Shown in pieces: positions 23,666 to 37,780 of a stretch of DNA of 64,000 nt. The DNA lies in NCBI GenBank assembly GCA_951406725.2, contig OX597816.1, forward strand, positions 53,072,001-53,136,000. The letters are read 5' to 3'. This DNA comes from Octopus vulgaris (lineage: Eukaryota). Position 1 is the first letter of the stretch; each line of letters opens with the position of its first letter. The notes below the pieces were generated by a model that was not told where the DNA came from, did not search any database, and was given only the letters and a program-made list of their open reading frames with translations. Made by a program: the position numbers and the translations under genes.

Positions 23666-24729
23666 AGAAGGTATTTGCAATATAGGTGTCTAAGTAGACA
23701 CTAATATTCCATATATCATTGCCAGAAGTTTCACTTGTAATGATGTAACCGGATGTTTTGTCACTGAAGTGCACAAAACAGAGCAAAATCATGCGACCTT
23801 GCTGTTCTGGTGGCCATAGCATATATATAAAAGCATTACATGAGCTTCTATGCACCACAAGTCTATATGAGCAGTCCTCTTAAGGTAAATAGCACAGTAT
23901 TCTGTGTTCTGATACAAGCTCCACGTTAAGTTGGAGATAAAGACTATCTTCAAGAATTCATACTAGTTCTATCACTATTAATTATTTTTTGTACATGCAC
24001 ACACACACATAATAGTATCCCTCAATCAGCAGCTACCTGAAATTCTGGTTTTGGATAAAATCTCTTCTCTATATAAAGTACTTTTTCGCCCATTTGTATA
24101 CTGAAATACAAACACATGTGTGATATATATAATTACAGTATATATACATGCATATATACAACAAAACATGCAATAAACATCACACACATATTCATTATAT
24201 AATCAGTGTTCATGATTATAGTTTTATACAAATAAATATATTTCAATAAATATGTACAAAACTGCAATTAAATTTTCCAATTATAATAAACTATAATTAA
24301 GAAGCTATTGAACAAACTAACAAAATAGATTAAATTCTACAAAACAACAATAACGTGGCCATAACAAGGACCTCTTTTCAAAAAATATCTACATTAAAGC
24401 AATAACTACCATTAAGACTCTTCCTCCTCCCCTTCCATTGTTGCTTAACCTACTAGAAATAGCAGTCAAATCTTTCCCAAATCACAGCCTTGTACCTTAA
24501 AATATGTCAAGTAAGGATTGTTGATATGAAGGACATCCAGCTTTAGAATACGTCTCAACGTATTCTGTCTGACACAGCAAGTATGCAAAAGTGGTTATTC
24601 AAAAGTGCTGTTATGACAGAACACTTCACTTCTTAATTCAGAAAGTAGTTATACACACTAGTTATATACATTCCATTCCTTCCAGAATTCTTTGAAACTA
24701 AAAGTCAGTTACGTGTTCAGAGATTTGCT

Positions 24730-24915
24730 AATTGTATGTGCTAACTATTCCTGGCAGCAAATGAGTTTCACCTCTGCTCTACCTGATACAGCTAAGTAGA
24801 TGATTGGGTATGTCACTTCATATATCTCATAGGTATGTCCCTTCATATCTCTCACATAACCAAAGTGTATAACACTAAGTCCACAAAGCTCTAACATGGA
24901 AACACTTCTTCTACC
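24730..24915 (-). mobile_element. Highly decayed RTE RT fragment
   Basis: Minus strand resembles the YLGD..S..GG...VT.RIA segment of the 45-46 kb RT. Confidence 0.4.
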
Positions 24916-25357
24916 AATCTGTGTCTTCAATTTAGTAGATGCCTATAATTGTTGTCAAATACCAGCCAAGCTTTCTCCTTTTAACTATGTAGCAAATGTC
25001 AGACACTGATTTCCTATATAAACAGATGTATTGCCAAAGGATATAAGTGTCTCGACATTAAATTAATTAGAAAACTTCGCAGTCTATTATCATGTCATCT
25101 ACCATAATTTCAGTCATCTCCAAGACAACGTATAAAAACTAAACCAATTATTTGGCTGATGTCTCATTTTACTGACTCTGAACGGAAGCAATATTGACTC
25201 TGGTAGGCTTTACAGTAAATATTAATTACACTGAAAATGTTGATTATGTCACATTTTCATGGAAGACATCTCACTTAGGATCAGCAGCTGCCCAAAACTG
25301 CCATCAAAGGACTACCTCCAAATGAGACATGATGTTGTCTCTAAAACAATATGCAAT

Positions 25358-25650
25358 GTTTGTTGTTTGTTCCTTCTCGAGCCATGCCTGGCTCATAAGG
25401 GCTGGTTTTCCAGTTTCCTTGGAATATAGGTTTCCCACCCATCACAGGTGAGCTACAAGATGCAGGAGGAAAGAGTGAGAGAAAGTTGTGGCAAAAGAGT
25501 CAGCAGAAGTTCACCATTACCTTCTGCTGGAGCCACAAGGAGCTTAGGTGTTTTGCTCATAAACACACACACATCGCCTGGTCTGAGATTCGAACCTGCG
25601 ATCCCTCGACCGCGAGTCCGCTGCTCGAACAACTAGGCCGTGTGCCTCCA
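25358..25650 (-). mobile_element. tRNA-derived SINE with (ACAA)n tail
   Basis: Minus head GGAGGCACACGGCCTAG...GCAGCGGACTCGCGGTCGAGGGATCGCAGGTTCGAATC, which contains a B box. Confidence 0.8.
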
Positions 25651-26737
25651 TAATATGCAATGCCATCCGCAAAAAAGACTGTCTTGTAACAGATATAGAG
25701 AATAGCCCTGTTATTGAATAGATACACAAACATCAACTCAAGGATAAGCAAAGAGAGAGAGATAATAACTATGGAAAATTGCTTTGAAGCATTGACCATC
25801 TATACTCAGAGAATAAATTCACATTTATACCAATAATAATTGGTGCATTCGGTTTTGTTAGTAAATGCCTGATAACCTGGTAGGGCAAAGGTTTTAATAA
25901 AACTAAATCATCCAGCTAATATGCATGCTACACATACAATTTGTAAGTGGAGCAGTAAAAATATGCAAGATTTTTCTCAAATTCAACATAAGGCTTTGTT
26001 TTTATCTACATTCCAGTCTTGGAGCTTTGTATCATTGTTAGAAACCAACTCCTTCCTTACAGAAAGAATTCAAATAATTAAAAATAGAAGTAAAATATAA
26101 ATATATGTGTGTGCATGTATGAATGAGTGTTTGTGTCTTTACAAATGGGAGAAGAAATTACTCAATATTTGTAAAAGAATGGATAAAATCTTTTTCAACG
26201 CAACTTCAAGATTTGCATTTCGGTTTTTCAGTGCTGTGGAAAATGGTAACATTCAGCTCACATATGCAATGAAAGGAAGCATCAGCTTTGAAAAAAATGA
26301 ATATCTATCATATTGTATATTTGCATGTATAAATCACACACACATATTCCAGGGGCATACAATGTAAAAACAGCATGTGACATACCTAGTGAAAATACAA
26401 ATATAGTGTAGAGCAAAAAAATATAAGGCAAATTGTAAATGTCAAAATCAGACATTCAAGACCATGTTAATGTGAAGTTAGCTGACTGCTGAAAGCCAGT
26501 GTGTCTGATTTGAGTTTCTAAAGAGTAATTAAATGTAATAAAACACACTAACATTAATTACATGCACATTCTATTTAATTCAGTTTCTTGCATAAACTCT
26601 AAGTCAATAATAAAATTTAATGATAATTTCTGAATCCCATGATTTACTTTAGGTAAACAAACCCTTTGAATCCCTTATTGACAAGACATGAAATTAATTA
26701 GTTATTGTCACCATACATTATAATAGCACCACAATAA

Positions 26738-27430
26738 GGCAGTGAAATGGCAGAATCATTAATTCACCAGACAAAATACTTAATGGTATTTCATGTATAT
26801 ACACATTTTGAGTTCAAATTTTTCACAGGTCAACTTGACTTATCATCCTTTCAGGGTTGATAGAATAAGTACCAGTCAAGCCCTAGGGGTAATGAAATCA
26901 ATTCGCTCCCTCCCCCAAAATTTAAGGCCTTGTGCTTATAGTAGAAAGGCTTATTATTGCACCACATCAGGGTGGTTGGTGGATTGGCAAAAAAATGCAT
27001 AAGAGCATCAGGAAAGAAAAATTACTTTACAGAAATTATTTTAACCCTTCTCATTCTGTGCTCAAATCCTGTCAAAGTTGATTTCATCTTTCATTCCTCT
27101 GAGGGTCAATAAAATAAAGTATCAGTGTGAAGTATTGGAGTTGATGATATTGACTAACTACTAAGGTGGTGAACTGGCAGAATCGTTACCACGAAATGCT
27201 TAGCGGTATTTCATCAGTCGCTACATTCTGAGTTCAAATTCCACCGAAGTCAACTTTGCCTTTCAAATTCCAGGGCCGATAAATTAAGTACCAGTTGAGT
27301 ACTGAGATCGATGTAATCGACTTAGCCCCCCCCCCAAAAAAAAAATTTCAGGCCTTGTGCCTTTAGTAGAAAAGGATATTGCTTAACTACTTCCTCTCAA
27401 AACTACTTGCCTTGTGCATAAATTAGAACC
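26738..27430 (+). mobile_element. Cluster of 3-4 stacked or nested family A SINEs
   Basis: Repeated GGCAGAATC(A/G)TTA...GAGTTCAAATT...GGCCTTGTGC units. Confidence 0.75.
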
Positions 27431-27789
27431 AGTAATTTTTACTCATCAAAGTATTGCTCGACCACTATAGTGTATTATTTAAACACTACAAAGTATTGTC
27501 TGACCACCAGAGTGTATTGACTGTCTACTGCTGACATGTAATTTGGTCCCTTTCATAAGCTCCTAAACATGTTCTCTACCAGGAAACATATTTTATATTA
27601 TTAAAATATAGTTAAGATGTTGCGTACATGCCTAGGTTGCCGGAAGGTGTTACTTATTTTGTTAATGCATGTGATAATATTTTTTAATATGTTGAGATTA
27701 AATAAATGCAATTGAATTATTAACATGAAGTTTATTTGTTAAGAGATACTTCAGGATTTGTCTATATATAGTTTTATTAGATATATATT

Positions 27790-28387
27790 GAGAAGACCTG
27801 GCAAGCCAAATGAGACCATAACCTTGTGACCTATGCCAGGGGTGTAACCAGCCCACTTATATGTACCTTTCTTTCATTGGACACTAAACTCGGCTTGCGA
27901 AGACCTGTTGAGGCAAGTGAAATTGAAATCAAATTCGATGACTGGCATCCATGCTAGTGGAGCATTAAGAGCACCATCCGAGTGTGATTGTTGCCAGAGC
28001 AGCAAACTGTTTTCTGTGCCAGTGGCATGTAAAAAGCACCATTCAAGTGTGATTGTTACCTGTATCGCCTTACTGGCACGTGAAAAAATATTTGAACAAG
28101 ATCATTGCCAGTGCCGCTGGACTGGCTCCTGCGCAGGTGGCATGTAAAAAACACTATTTGAGTGTGGTCGTTGCCAGTACCGCCTGACTAGTCTTTATGC
28201 CGGTGGCATGTAAAAGCACCCACTACACTCTCAGAGTGGTTGGCATGAGGAAGGACATCCAGCTGTAGAAACTCTGCCAGATCAGATTGGAGCCTGGTGC
28301 AGCCATCTGGTTCACCAGTCCTCAGTCAAATCGTCCAACCCATGCTAGCATGGAAAGTGGATGTTAAACAATGATGATGATGATGAT
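27790..28387 (+). mobile_element. RTE LINE 3' end with (GAT)n tail
   Basis: Ends GGACATCCAGCTGTAGAAAC...CCCATGCTAGCATGGAAAG...(GAT)n. Confidence 0.85.
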
Positions 28388-29599
28388 ATCAGGTGAATCT
28401 ATAATGTTTAATTTTCAATATTTTAAAAGAAATTTCATTCAGGCATATTTTCATATACAAACAGTAATGACAAACATGGGTGAGAACGTTGAATGTGAAA
28501 TGGAGGGGCAGCTTATCTAGCAGTGTAAATATATATAGAAGTAGATAGAATTGTTTTTAATTTAGGCATAGAGCCGGCAACTTTAAGAAGAGCAGGAAAG
28601 TCAATTGCATCAACCTCCAGTATTTGACTAATATTTTATTTTATCAATTTTGAGAGGATGAAAATCAAAGTTGACCTCAACAGGATTTGAACTCAAAATA
28701 TAAAGAGTCAGAAGAAATGTCACGAAGCATTATGTCCAAAGCAGTAGTAATTCTACTAGCTTACTGCCTTTATAAGTCAGGTAGATGGTTTTGCTTCTCT
28801 GTTTTGTGCTGGAAGGGGAAAGCAGTAGCACTGCTGAGGGAGGTGAAAGAGAAAGAAAGTATAGTAAGGAATGATGAAATAGATAGATAGATAGCTAGAC
28901 TGGGAGAATGGTGAGAGCAGTTGCACAATAATGAGGCTAGCAGATAGTGAAATATAGGGAGGAATGGAAGAAAAAGTGTGAGAAAAAGAAATAGGATGAG
29001 CAAGAAAGGTAAAGCAAAAAGGAGAGAAGATGAAGAAACAGAAGGTATATAGAAACCAAGTTAGAGAGAGAAGGGTGACAGTTGAATTGAAGTTCTTTTT
29101 GTGTTATATTTGAACAGAACATATTACTGAGATGAAAGTAATTGAAATCAACAAACATAACCTGGTGGTAAGAGGTTAGCAATCTGATGCTTCATTGAAC
29201 TAAAATGTACCATCAATTGAAACAAACTGAATGCAGGTAGAAAGACCATTTCTGATGGTTGAGTTCCATTTGAAAAACAGAACAGCTTGCTCCAGCTGTG
29301 TTAGGCAAAAGAAAAAAAATAGAGTGAATGAGAGCTTTGAGTTCTCTCTATATATATTCATAGCTGAGAAATCCTATTCTGTGCTTTGTCAAATAAGTCA
29401 GTGAAAAACCATGAAAGATCAAAGCTTCAGTTGGTTGCATGAGGGCTGCTATCCATCTAGTAAATATTTATGTGTAGATGATCTGTCTAAAAAATTCTAC
29501 ACTTTTAAAAGAGTTGGGGCAGCATGCTCATGATTGCTGTACTGTGTATGGAAAAACCTTGACTTTCAGTTTAATAACAGCCATATCTTACCAATTCAG

Positions 29600-30070
29600 T
29601 TAATCATTGATCTACACATGTTTGAGTGAAAATATGTTTAATGCCCTCAGAGATTTGTTACAACAAGATGAACAATGAACAATTTCGAAGATCCATGAAA
29701 ACATTCGCCTGACTGTCTGTAAGGTTTCTGAAGAAGAAGTCATTGAAGATACCTCATGCAGAATACATGAAAAAAAAAAAAAGAACTAAATAACAGTGAA
29801 TCAGGCGCTATTTGATTGTTTGGGTATTGCTAGAAACTTTATCAAAACAAAACGGCAGTCATCACAGTGAGTTGTATCCTTGTCTCCAAGACCAAAAATG
29901 CCTGTCAGAGTCAATCAAATGTGAAGGTGATGTTGAGTATTGTATTTGATTGTGATGTCATTCATTATAGGATTTTTATTGTGGATGTCTTGAGGCATTT
30001 GAGAGAAACAGTATGAAGGAAGAAATATGGGACGTGGGCAAATGAAACCTAAATGTTGCACTACAGTTAT
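29600..30070 (+). mobile_element. Mariner transposase relic (pseudogenised)
   Basis: Broken translation KTKRQSSQ*...SPRPK...QSQSNVKVMLSIVFDCD...VDVLRHLRETV*RKK...W...LH, matching the mariner catalytic region. Confidence 0.7.
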
Positions 30071-30131
30071 AATAATTAGAGATTAATTATATGGATTCAG
30101 TATATATTACACATACATACACTGATACATA

Positions 30132-30550
30132 CAGGGTGCAATGGGCAAATTTATATATTTTTAATTTCATACTTGTGCATTGCTTGTTTTTGATTTTGTC
30201 CACTACACAGTATAGTAGGGTCAGTTGGGCACCATTTGTGAGAAAAACAGCACCATGATGCAATTCACTCTGCCAGAAATTTGGAAACAACATGCAGTAC
30301 TGCTTGGCATTCATCCTGGAAGCTCCATTACGAATATATAAGAGTGTTTGGGTGTCAATCTGAAGAAATGTACTGCGAGTGATAAAAATCAAACATCCAG
30401 TCAACATCATAGTGTTTGGAGTGATCACTAGTGATGGCAATGTTATGCCACTATTCATCTTCCCACATGGCTTCACACTTAACATGGAGACCTACATCAA
30501 GTGTCTGGAGGAGGTAGTATTGCCTTGGGTCAAGAGGGTGACTACTGGAA
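30132..30550 (+). mobile_element. Internally deleted maT/DD37D-like Tc1-mariner element
   Basis: TA|CAGGGTG terminus. ORF remnant KHPVNIIVFGVITSDGNVMPLFIFPHGFTLNMETYIKCLEEVVLPWVKRV. Confidence 0.75.
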
Positions 30551-31951
30551 GTAGTATGCAATTGGTACTTAATTTATTGACCCTGAAAGGATGAAAGACA
30601 AAGTCGACATTGGTGGAATTTGAACTCAGAACATAAAGACAGACGAAATACTGCTAAGCATTTTGCTTGCCACCTTGATACAATATTTTATTGACACCTT
30701 GCCCTCAGAAAGATGTAAGGCAAAAGTGACCTTAACAGGGCTTGAACTCTCAATGTAAAGAAAAAAACAGAACAAATACTATAAGGCATTTTGTTCAATA
30801 CCCAAAATGTACTGTAGATTCCTCACCTTAATAACCCAACTTGGTATTCAGAATGAAAACTGCTAAGAATTATAAATCCCAAAGGATCACAGAGTTTCTT
30901 TTGAATAAGCAATAAATAACAACTCAACAATGGAACACTAAAACTAAAAGTGGCAACATTGCCAATGACCATGTGCAATCAATAAAACAAAGAATTCTCA
31001 CGGGAATAGCAATATTTGTTTACACACAAGAGCTGTCTCTCTGAAATAACATCTTGTAGGATCAGAGATGCATGTACAAGAGAAAATATCTATTGTAAAT
31101 CTTCTTGCTGCAAAGTGAACCATGTAAGTAAGAGATTTGGAAGAAAATCATAGAGTGTAAACAGCATTTTCATTGAAAATGCATAATGCTCCTTTTCAAG
31201 ATCATGAAAGATTCTAAATAAGATGTACTGAGAGTAGAGAAGGGTTTTAACTATAACTCATGGCCAAATAGCTGGGGAAAACATATTGAAATTTCATTTG
31301 CTTATACAATGTGTAGACAAAAGTCATGTTTCACTATTTTTACACCGAAACTACAAGGCCAACAGCTGTCTTTGATTTTATTGACCTTTATAGACTTGTA
31401 GTAAATAAGAACATTTACACACACATATCTACCTATCTATCTATCTATCTATATATATATATATAAATATATGAAAGAATGGAGTTGAACGACGAATTAT
31501 ATATATATCATCATCATCGTTTAACGTCTGCTTTCCATGCTAGCATGGGTTGGATGGTTCGACTGGGGTCTGGGAAGCCAGAAGGCTGCACCAGGCCCAG
31601 TCTGATCTGGCAGTGTTTCTACAGCTGGATGCCCTTATATATATATATATATATAATAAATGATGAATACTGTAGCTGGTATTAGATTTATTCCACATTT
31701 ACAATTGTATCAACAATGTGTGGGTTACAAGTCAACATTCTGAATGTAGACTTGAATGAGAGCAATGATATAGTCAAGTCTCATGTCCACTATGTAATAT
31801 ATATTACACGATAGTCTCCAAAGTCATTTAAACATAACTGAACATACGAATATAATACAAAAACTGGTTATTTCACTTAAAGAGACGGAAATGATGTGAA
31901 AATGTTTTTCCCTTAAGTAATCATTAAAATAAATAAGAACGTTTGTACAGA

Positions 31952-32340
31952 TAGGCGTAGGAGCTGCTGTGTGGTAAGTAGCTTATTGATGAACCACATG
32001 GTTCTATGTTCAGTCCCACTGTGTGGCACCTCGGGCAAGTGTCTTCTACTATAGCCTCAGGCAGACCAAAGCCTTGTGAGTGAATTCAGTAGACGAAAAC
32101 TGAAAGAAGCCCATCGTATATATGTATATATATGTATGTGTGTGTATATGTTTGTGTGTCTATATTTGTCCCCACCAATATCACTTGACAACCGATGCTG
32201 GTGTGTTTACGTCCCTGTAAATTAGTAGTTCAGCACAAAGAGACGAAGAGTAAGTCCTAGGGTTGATTTGCTTGACTAAAGGTGCTGCTCCAGCAAGGCC
32301 ACAGTCAAATGACTGAAACAAGTAAAAGAGTAAAGAGTAT
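31952..32340 (+). mobile_element. CORE-type SINE family B
   Basis: Family B structure. Confidence 0.9.
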
Positions 32341-32621
32341 ATGTTTCGGAATAATTGTCACTCATGACAGAAGAGGTACCATTATTCTTTGGTTACCTAA
32401 AGAACTTTAAATCAGTTTATTTTATATAGTGGTAGTTTATCAGGATACAACAGTAACAGTTCTCCTGATTTACATTTAATATGTTAAATCAATCACATGG
32501 TAAATTATATAATTATTATTCATATAGAACAAAGCATAAATCAATAAACTTGAAAGAGGTCCAGATATTTTTCGAAAACATTTAGCTATAGAAATTGAAA
32601 TAATGTGAAAGCATTTTACTG

Positions 32622-33025
32622 TTACTCTTTTACTCTTTTGTTTCAGTCATTTGACTGTGGCCATGCTGGAGCACCGTCTTTAGTCGAGCAAATCGACCCC
32701 AGGACTTATTCTTTGTAAGCCTAGTACTTATTCTATCGGACTCTTTTTGGGGACATAAACACACCAGCATCGGTTGTCAAGCAATGTCGGTGGAACAAAC
32801 ACAGACACACAAACACAGACACACAAACACACACAGACATATATATATATATATATACATACATACGATGGGCTTCTTTCAGTTTCCATCTACCAAATCC
32901 ACTCACAAGGCTTTGGTCAGCCCGAGGCTATAGTAGAAGACACTTGCCCAAGGTGCCATGCAGTGGGACTGAACCTGGAACCATGTGGTTCGTCAGCAAG
33001 CTACTTACCACACAGCCACTCCTGC
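32622..33025 (-). mobile_element. CORE-type SINE family B
   Basis: Family B structure, reverse strand. Confidence 0.9.
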
Positions 33026-34495
33026 ATCTAAAAAATAAAGTCGACCTTGGCGGAATTTGAACTCAGAGCATTTTGCCTGGTGTGCTAATGATTCTACCAG
33101 CTCACCGCCTTTTGTCTGAAGTAAACAGAAAAATAGCTGGGAATATCTTTACAGAATTCTTTCAATGTTATCAGGGCTCCTGAAATAGACCTGTGAGAAA
33201 ATCCCTAATTATTTTTCTGTTTACTTAAAAGAATAGTAGGATGTTTTTACATTATTAAAATCTTCATGGGTAAAGGCTTTCAAATAGAAAGCTTTAAAGT
33301 TATCTACATTATACATGTTTCAAGTATTCTGGATTACACTGTGATATGTATATATGTATGCATGTATGTATGTATGTATGCATACATACATGTATGTATG
33401 CATGTATGTATGCATGTATATATGCGTGCATGTATGTATGTCTATGTATGTACATATGTATGTATACATGTATGCATGTGTGTACTCACGCATATGCATG
33501 CATATATCTTTCACCAATATACATCAGTAATGCATATAATTATCACTGAGAGAGAAAAAAAAGTCAGTGCTTTATGAATACCTGTGAGATAATTGTTCTG
33601 CACTGAATGAGAGTCTCCCTTGTCACTCCCTCCAGCAGAAATGTAATGAACTAGTGACTGGTCTATGTAATCAGCAATGCCATTATCCTTAAATCACAAT
33701 GTGAAACAAACAAAGAAAGAAAGAAAGAAAAAAGAAAGAAAGAAAGAAAAAAGAAAGAAAGAAAGAAAGAAAGACCTGCAGCAGACAGACATGCGGGCAG
33801 ACTGACAGACAGACACATAGATAGATAGAGTTAGTTATAAGTAGCTTCTGTATAATTAAAATATATTGTAGAATGTGTATAGATATGCTCTGAAGTTTTT
33901 TGTTTCTAAGTTAATGTAATTCAATGCATTTTTAATATATATACTGTATATCAGCACTTGAAATATTTAAGTAGACTCTCCTTCAACAGTAATATATATA
34001 TATTGATGCCAGTGAAAGAAAATTTAAAAACCAGAAATTTCAGAAAATAGCAATCTCATCAGATTTTGTTTCCTAAACAATGAATTACATTAACAAAAAG
34101 CGTCACAGCAAACAAATGAGAGAAGTAACTCAACCTGCAAAAACTGCAGCCAATCTCCCTCAGTCCACACACACTGCCATTAAAAAATGTAGGAATATAT
34201 AAGATAATGTTGTGTTAGATACATTATAACAAAAAATGAGATGAGATAATAAGGATGATAGATTTTCTCGATTAGTGTTGATCTGAATTTGAATCAATGC
34301 TGTCTTATAACATCAACACATTAGACAGTTGCCCAAGTGCCTCATGAGTCTAAGGGCCCAATTCTGACCTATGTATTCTGTAGCTTACCAATAGATAAAT
34401 ACTATAGGGTCAAGTGCTTTGGTTTATCTAGGGACCTATAATGCTGCTAAGATGGCACTGGTTTAAGCACCACCACCACCACCAACAACAACAAC

Positions 34496-34853
34496 ACCTC
34501 ATCTGAAGGAAGTCTTCATGAAGAAGCTGGATGAAAGAACCGAAGCAGCCGTCTCGAAGGCAGACTTCACAGACATGATATGCTTCTGTAGTGATCATCA
34601 TCCGGCACTCAGGCGGTGGTAAAAGATGGCAGGGTGCAGCGACATAGATCAATGCAGACTCTGTAACGAGGAGATGGAATCTGCAGAACTTCTTTGGCTG
34701 AGATGTCCGGCCCAGATGGTGGAACGCTATATCTACCAACTAGGGGCTACAATGGATGAGATGATTCGTCTCCCTTCCACGGCTCTAGCGCTCCTGAGAG
34801 TTATTCTCAGGCGCTTGAGGTGACCAACAGAAACGGAGAGACAACAACAACAA
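34496..34853 (+). mobile_element. 3' end of a LINE with C-terminal CCHC-type knuckle and (CAA)n tail (I-group-like)
   Basis: HHPALRRW*KMAG...QCRLCNEEMESAE(L for H)LWLRCPA...LRRLR* followed by CAACAACAA. Confidence 0.6.
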
Positions 34854-36394
34854 TGGCAACAGCATCAGCAGCAGCAGCCGTCCAAGAATTTGAACCTGGA
34901 GATCACCATTTCCAGCAACTTCGAGGGCCAGCCCCCAGTGGTGTCGGGCATCAACAATGAGCCCTTGACTACAACAAGACGACGAAAGTTTTTTTTTTCC
35001 AAGGTCTGGGGTCTCCCGCCCCTAAGCCCTAGACCATTACCTAATCATCCTTACCTGTCTTGTTGCTTAACAACAACAACAACAACAACAGCAGCAGCAA
35101 CAACAGTACAACTTGAACTTAGCTATAGTCATGACTCAGCAGTGAGAATAACTTAGCAGCAAGTACCATGCATTTGTTAATTATATCAGGGGCCTATCTA
35201 GTTGCAAGTAGATACAGACCACCTCTCAGCCTTCCACCCTTTTTCCATTGAAAGATCAAGGATGTAACAGCCAAAGAGATAGGGGGAAGCATCAGCTAAG
35301 TAAACTAATTTCAGCTGAGTAAACTGAAGCAAAAAGGAAACGAAGTGCTTGCAGCAAGGATATAATAATGTGTTGCCTGGTCCAGGGAACCAAACCCGCA
35401 ACCTTGATCCCAATATTCTAAGCATGAAACCACAAGCCTTCACACAATAACAAGTAACATATAAGGCCAGTTTAAACAATAGCTGAAACATATCCACACA
35501 AAACTATACCTATCTAATTACAAGACCACTACTAAATATATCCAGAAGAACTGGTGAAATAAGATTTTAGAACAAGATCCTAAAGAGTCTATCAGAATGA
35601 TATTATATTCTATATTCTACTGAACAACTCTATCAAAAAGATATTCAAGAATATCCTTAGTGACACAAGAAATATATTTCTTATTGGCAGAAAATGGATA
35701 TGAGCATTTACAAAGAAAGTAGTCTCTTTTGGACTCTCAACTACTAAATCACCTCCTATTTCGAAATATTCTTAGCAAATGGCTCCAAAGTATTTTATGA
35801 CTGAGAGAGATGAAGAAGCTTCTAAACTCCCAAGATGTAACCAGAAATGTTTATGGAATCAAGTTTGTGTTGTGGGCTTAATCTGCATATTCATCATTTG
35901 TGCTTAATGCCAAGTGATTACATTATATAATGATATTACAGAATAGTTACAAAGATTACTCAAAGGGAATTGTCAAAAACATCAATGATACTCAACATAA
36001 CCATAAATCTTAACTAAATGAATACTACAATTTGAAACTCCAACAAACTGCAAGTGTTGAAACTTCTCGATAAATATAAATGTGGTGGCTCTCAAACTGC
36101 TAAGAATAACAGCCTTGAAAGACTCAGTTAACATCTTAAAGCCTTGAAAAATAGGACACATTGGATTATGATATCCTAGATGCATTATATAAGAAAAAAA
36201 AAAAAAAAATGTGTTAGTTCCAGTTAGAATGTCTTTGGTCATGGTTGGCTCTGTCAGGGCTGTCTTCTGACAAAAAAAAAATAATCACACTTATATAAAA
36301 CAACAAAAATATTCATGGAAGGTTGAATATCTTAAAGGACTTCAAAGTTAATTTAGCATAGAATAAAATCTTAGTAAATAGGAAAACAGACAAA

Positions 36395-36900
36395 TTTCTG
36401 CTTCAATCAGGGGACCCTGCTCAATATGCAAAGAAGAAGTAGGTAGAAGTTCCATACAATGTACCAGATGCAAACTATGGACATATAAGAAATGCAGTAA
36501 TGCTGACAGGTTAACAACGGAAGTGGACTTTGTATGTGACAGATGTTAAAGAGTAATAAAAACTAAGGGCACACAGGAAATAGACTTACCCAGGAGGATC
36601 CCTATAGGAAATAGACTTACCCAGGAGGATCCCTATAGGAAATAGTTAGCTTCGGTTACCTAGGTGACCTGATTAGGAGTGGAGGAAGATATTGTAAAAG
36701 TATAGCTGCTAGAATAAGAAAAGGCTAGGGAATGTTCAGAGAGCTTTTACCTATGATGGTGACAAAAGGTTTCTCTCTCAGAGTGAAAGGCAGAATGTAT
36801 GGTGCTTGTGTACAAACTGCAATGCTAGGTAGCAGTGAGGTGTGGGCTCCAAATGCATAAGAATTGAAAAGACTAGAAAGAAGTTAGTATGCTCTAATGC
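36395..36900 (+). mobile_element. Decayed RTE RT fragment including the PHD insert
   Basis: PCSICKEEVGRSSIQCTRCKLWTYKKC...FVCDRC, then YLGDL...RVKGRMYGACVQTAML. Contains a ~32-bp tandem duplication at ~36576-36645. Confidence 0.8.
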
Positions 36901-36961
36901 CTGACTTTCAGGGACACTGTATTTTGTTATGCAACCATAATATATTACAAAGTATACTCTC

Positions 36962-37385
36962 TCTTTTTACTCTTTTACTTGTTTAAGTCAGTTGACTGCG
37001 GTCATGATGGAGCACCGCCTTTAGTCGACCAAATCGACCCCAGGACTTATTCTTTGTAAGCCTGGTACTTATTCTATCGGTCTCTTTTACCGAACTGCTA
37101 AGTTATGGGGACGTAAACACACCAGCACCAGTTGTCAAGCGATGTTGGGGGGACAAACACACACACACAAACATACATACACACACACACACACACATAT
37201 ACATATATATATATATATACAACAAGCTTTTTTTAGTTTCTGTCTAGCAAATCCACTCTCAACGCTTTGGTCAGTCTGAGGCTATAGTAGAAGACACTTG
37301 CCCAAGGTGCCATGCAGTGGGACTGAACCCGGAACCATATGGTTGGTAAGCAAGCTACTTACCAGACAGTGACTCCTAGGCCTAC
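36962..37385 (-). mobile_element. CORE-type SINE family B
   Basis: Family B structure. Confidence 0.9.
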
Positions 37386-37469
37386 AATTAATAAACATGT
37401 GTGAAATTTGACTGGTGACTGCTGTTGCTGCAATCTACTGTTGTTTCCAGAGTAAGAAGAGGAGAGAAA

Positions 37470-37780
37470 GAGAGCTTGCTATGAAATAAAAGAGAGGAAG
37501 AAATTTCTGCTTCCATCAGGAGACCCTGCTCAATATGCAATAAATTAATAAGCATGCCTGAATGGCAAAGTATACATGCGTCAAGAGAAAAACTGTGCAT
37601 AGAAGAAATCAGATGTAGTGTGCAAAAAAGAGAAGATAGTGCTGGTATAGATATGTGATGTGTATGGATGAGAACAGCTGTAAAAAGAAGTATTGATATG
37701 AATGATGCTTGTAGAAGAAGGAGCACCAGGAAGACATGGGACGAAGTAATAAAGACTGATCACAAGAATTTGAACATCAA
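37470..37780 (+). mobile_element. Decayed, internally deleted RTE fragment
   Basis: Similar to the RT C-terminus (GACRRR...RKTWDEVIKTD). Confidence 0.6.

Noticed and set aside
23665-23763. 99-bp minus-strand exon candidate (DKTSGYIITSETSGNDIW...)
   Set aside because: The acceptor is plausible but the donor (GTATAT) runs into a TA repeat, and no homology is recognised.
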